A stretch of DNA of 64,000 nucleotides from Octopus sinensis (lineage: Eukaryota): positions 103,726,001 through 103,790,000 of the forward strand of contig NC_043000.1 in NCBI RefSeq assembly GCF_006345805.1, read 5' to 3'. Under the pieces are notes generated by a model. That model searched no databases and was not told the DNA's origin. It saw only the letters and a program-made list of their open reading frames with translations. The position numbers and the translations under genes are program-made. Below, one piece after another: positions 60,334-64,000 of this stretch (within the stretch, counting starts at the first letter, position 1; each line of letters begins with the position of its first letter).

Positions 60334-63300
60334 GTAAGTATATTTCGATGCGATTCTCTTTTTTTTTCTTCGCTCAAGGAGTAGTTTGCTTAATATAAGT
60401 TTAACTAGAACAAAAAAAAATAAAACGTAAACATTATACATTCAGTTGTCACTGTATATATATATATATAAGTATGTATATTTGTATAATATATGTATCT
60501 ATGTATAATATTCAGTACGATTGTAACTTGGGTTCAATTTCCAGTCAGGACTCTTATAAAATCTCGCCGCTCGTGGGAAAGGCATGAACGTCAGAATATC
60601 CCATGTAGAACTTCTATAACTTATTACATTACAGTAAATGTACATTTATGTTTAAAACGTTAACCAAACATTCAAAATATGCTTAATCGCCCAACCTTTG
60701 CAGCGATCGGTCTTGTTAACGGTCGTAAACTCTTAGAAAAATACCAACAGAAAAACCAGTATAATACAATAGGTTCAAACGTTATTAGATTTTCGGACAT
60801 GTATATTTAATATTAAAAACTATATACTTTATAGATCCATTATAGTCATCTTCACAAGAATCTTGTGTTGGCGACGGAGCATGAAATAATGTATAGAACA
60901 CTCCTAAAGAATGTGTCATTACCCTATATTGGATCGATTGTTGAACATACATATTTAAAGCATCAATATCTTTTTTCATAGTTTTTTTAAGAAAATTTAA
61001 TGATGATCGCGTTTGTATTATTCAGGCTTCTGTTTAAATGTTCTTTTGAGTTTACAGCCAATAATGGGAAGAATCGCCCTTTTCTTTCTTTCAATGGAAG
61101 ATCATCAAATTAAATCACTATAAACATTCCTTCCTGGTGTATTTTAATATAATAGGTTGCAACTAACAAATTACAAGATGTGTATGTGTGTGTTACACAC
61201 ACATGCATATACATACATACATAACTGAACACACACACGTTTATGTTTATTTTTTTCTCCCTAAAGCATTACCATCCGTATCCCAGACGTTTGTAGTAAA
61301 TAGGTTACAAACCCATCTCTTTTAGTTTTGTCAGCATGTTTATTGGTTTGCGACAGCCTTAATCTATTGTTACTGGATTAGTCTATAAAATGATTTACAC
61401 CCAACACTTGAAACTAACAAAATATTCTTCAGTCACAAGTGTTATATTTTGCAGTGATGGACTGTACCTTACTAATGTACCTATCTATTCTACAGTCAAG
61501 TGGATAACCCAAAGATGGGGCATTGGGAGTGCTTAAACTTGTTAGAAGCAGCAGCCAAATTTCTTTCACAGGTCTGCTAAGTGAAGGTTGATCTGAACCT
61601 AAAGAACAACAAGAGCAACTGCTAGGTGGGCTGGATTAGTCAGAATTGTTGACCATTTGGTCTGATACATTTTTAACTTGTCTAGATACGTCTTTCTCTG
61701 TAAATTTGTAGTATTAAATATATACAATATTTTATATTGTGCTCTAGATTAATAATAGACATGGATAAGTTTTATACAGTAGTGTTATTTTATTTAATAG
61801 CATCAGACTTTTTAAAGAATTTTTCCAAATTTATCCCAGCCATTATGAATTTTTTAGTCACCAATTTAATTGACTATCAACTCAGATTAAAGTGATGATG
61901 TGGCAGATTTTATCTATTTATATTTACATTCATGCAATTTGTGCTATGTCATTCCAATGAATATTCAATAATTTCTTACATTCTCTACCTTCATCCTTTA
62001 TCACACCATATATTGGTTTAAGATGGCAAAAATAGAGGCAAATTTGTGACTCTATCCTTATGGAAGAAGTGTTAGAATTGAGGTTAATATTTTTACCTTG
62101 TAGTTGAAGTATTGTTTGATAATTTTGCATTGTTGTTCAAGATGTCTTGATTGATATGGCAGATTTGGTTGTTTACCTCATGGGTCATGAGTCCAAATAC
62201 ACTGCTGGCATTTGGTGTGTTTCTAGGCAGAACACTTTATTATACATTGCCTCAGTTCACCTACCTGTTAGCAGGAATAGATATGAATACAAGATCTCTT
62301 GGAAACGAGGATCATTACTTGCCATAAACTGATGTGTTATCTAGGGAGCAGGTGTATTTTACCTCTGCATTACCCCATAAAGCCAGAAATAATTATTGAC
62401 CCTGGGGACTTAGGAAGCATTATAAATTACAAATAACACTTGACAAGTAATCTGTAGAAATGGCAATTTCTGTTTACTTAGATATCAATGAATCATCAGA
62501 TATCAGTACATTAGGAAGTCTATATGCAGTCCTAGATTTTAAAACCCAGCTTGGATACTGTAGCTACTATGTTCATTTTAAAAATATACTTTGATAGCTG
62601 AACATTTTATAAAACCTTCAGTTTATGTTACAGTTGCTAACATTATACACTTGAATAATTAATAATAATTGAACTGGAAATTCCACTCATGAATTCCTTT
62701 TTCTATGACAACAGTAATTAAAATTACAAATAGCTTATAAATGAATCCAAAACATAATCTTTATAACTCACAATATGTATTGTTTTATCAAATAGTTAAT
62801 GTAGTTATTATATTACTAATCCTTTACAATACCCTAGTATTATATACAAATATCAACTGTACTTAGCTAGTCTGCTAAGGAAGTATCGAAAGACAACAGG
62901 GTGCCATAAAACCTCTACAAGATAAGGAACCACATGCTTTAAGATAGAATGAACTTGAAATGTATTATGAAATATATAATCAAGAACATTTTGGAATTTT
63001 TAATTTCATAACTTTTGATATGTTTTTTTTAGTCCTAAGTCAGCCCTGGTTTCAATAACCAATAGTTTGCAAGTAGTTTTTGCGTATGTGTTTTTTTTTT
63101 TAATTTATCAAAGCTGACGTGAAGGAGAAAATGAAAGTGAAGAGTGTGTAGAGGATAAGGTAAAATGGAGAAGGCGGTATTGGGACTTGTGAAACTAACC
63201 CCTACTTTAGCCTGGGAAATGATTTTAAATGCTTATTGTTGTGAGTGGTAGGGATAGTGTGCTTTTGGGTGGCACTATATTTGTGCTATGAGGATGTGGA

Positions 63301-63789
63301 TATGTTCGGGTGTTAAAGAGTGATTTTGCATGTAGTGGAAAGGACCATACTGGAGTTTGCTATGACAATAAACTGCTCATCACACATCTAGATGTCCTTT
63401 TTTTAAGATGGTAGGAGATGATTAAAGAGGATTTACCTGTTATTTCTTGCAGGTCAAATAACTATGTAGATACCTCCTCTTTGAGTTAGTATTTTTGTTT
63501 CCTAGTATGAGTGATAAAACACATACTTACACAAACATGCAGAGAGAGAGAGAGAAAGAGAGGACAGGGTGATAGACAAACAAATATCTTATATATAGCT
63601 ATCATCATCACCTTCCATGGTTGCATGTGTTGGACAGAGTTTATTGAGGCAGATTTTGCTGTAGCCAGATGCTCTTCCTGTCACAAACCCTCACCTGTTT
63701 CCCAAGCAAAGAAATAATGACACTATTTGTATGACAGTGACAATCATTTATAACTATCACACACTATTAAGATAAGAAGACACAAACAC

Positions 63790-63965
63790 ATGTGTGCACC
63801 ACCCCCCCCCATTAGCTTCTTTCTGTTTCCATCTATCAAGTCTACTTGCAAGGCTTTTGGTTGATACAACACTATAACAGAGGACACTTGCCCAAGGTGT
63901 CATGCAGTGGGACTGAACCGAGAATCATGTGGTTGGGAAGCAAATGTCTTATCACACAGCCACAC
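63790..63965 (-). mobile_element. Octopus-type SINE, 5' half
   Basis: gcagtgggactgaaccgagaatcatgtggttgggaagc...cacacagcc. Confidence 0.78.
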
Positions 63966-64000
63966 CTGTAAAACAATAGTAGTCAGGGACTAGAACATAA

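Noticed and set aside
63112-63158. Candidate second NEK exon
   Set aside because: In-frame TGA immediately and no E..E..L..L.HPNIV motif; exon 2 probably lies beyond the window

Overview
Eukaryotic, AT-rich, repeat-dense genomic DNA, almost certainly a coleoid cephalopod. The assignment to Octopus rests on recalled SINE, RTE-tail and microsatellite sequences and was not searched. The + strand carries 18 hand-spliced coding exons (6302-41342; 2601 nt = 866 aa + stop; every intron GT-AG and phase-consistent) of a DENND3-like Rab GEF: end of DENN, dDENN, middle region and C-terminal WD40 propeller. Its 5' exons lie upstream of the window. The first coding exon of a NEK1/3/5-type kinase (60217-60333) is missed by the ORF track. 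The rest is transposon-derived: a DD35D pogo, RTE LINEs, a DD37D-type and a full-length DD34D mariner, Helitron pieces, Copia gag/pol remnants, a Gypsy-type solo LTR with TSD, four Penelope-like (PLE) remnants, SINEs and MITEs. Best leads: (1) PLE-borne hammerhead ribozyme motifs, core-intact antisense to DENND3 and core-deleted in sense; (2) a solo LTR carrying NRF1/ETS/YY1-like motifs in a DENND3 intron; (3) a 56-bp copy of a DENND3 exon inserted into a Copia fossil; (4) a two-hairpin ~62-bp tandem array in RTE 3' tails; (5) a 34-bp perfect palindrome and an orphan splice acceptor/poly(A) unit just upstream of NEK. No CRISPR, rRNA or true tRNA genes were found. All homology calls come from motif recognition, not database searches.
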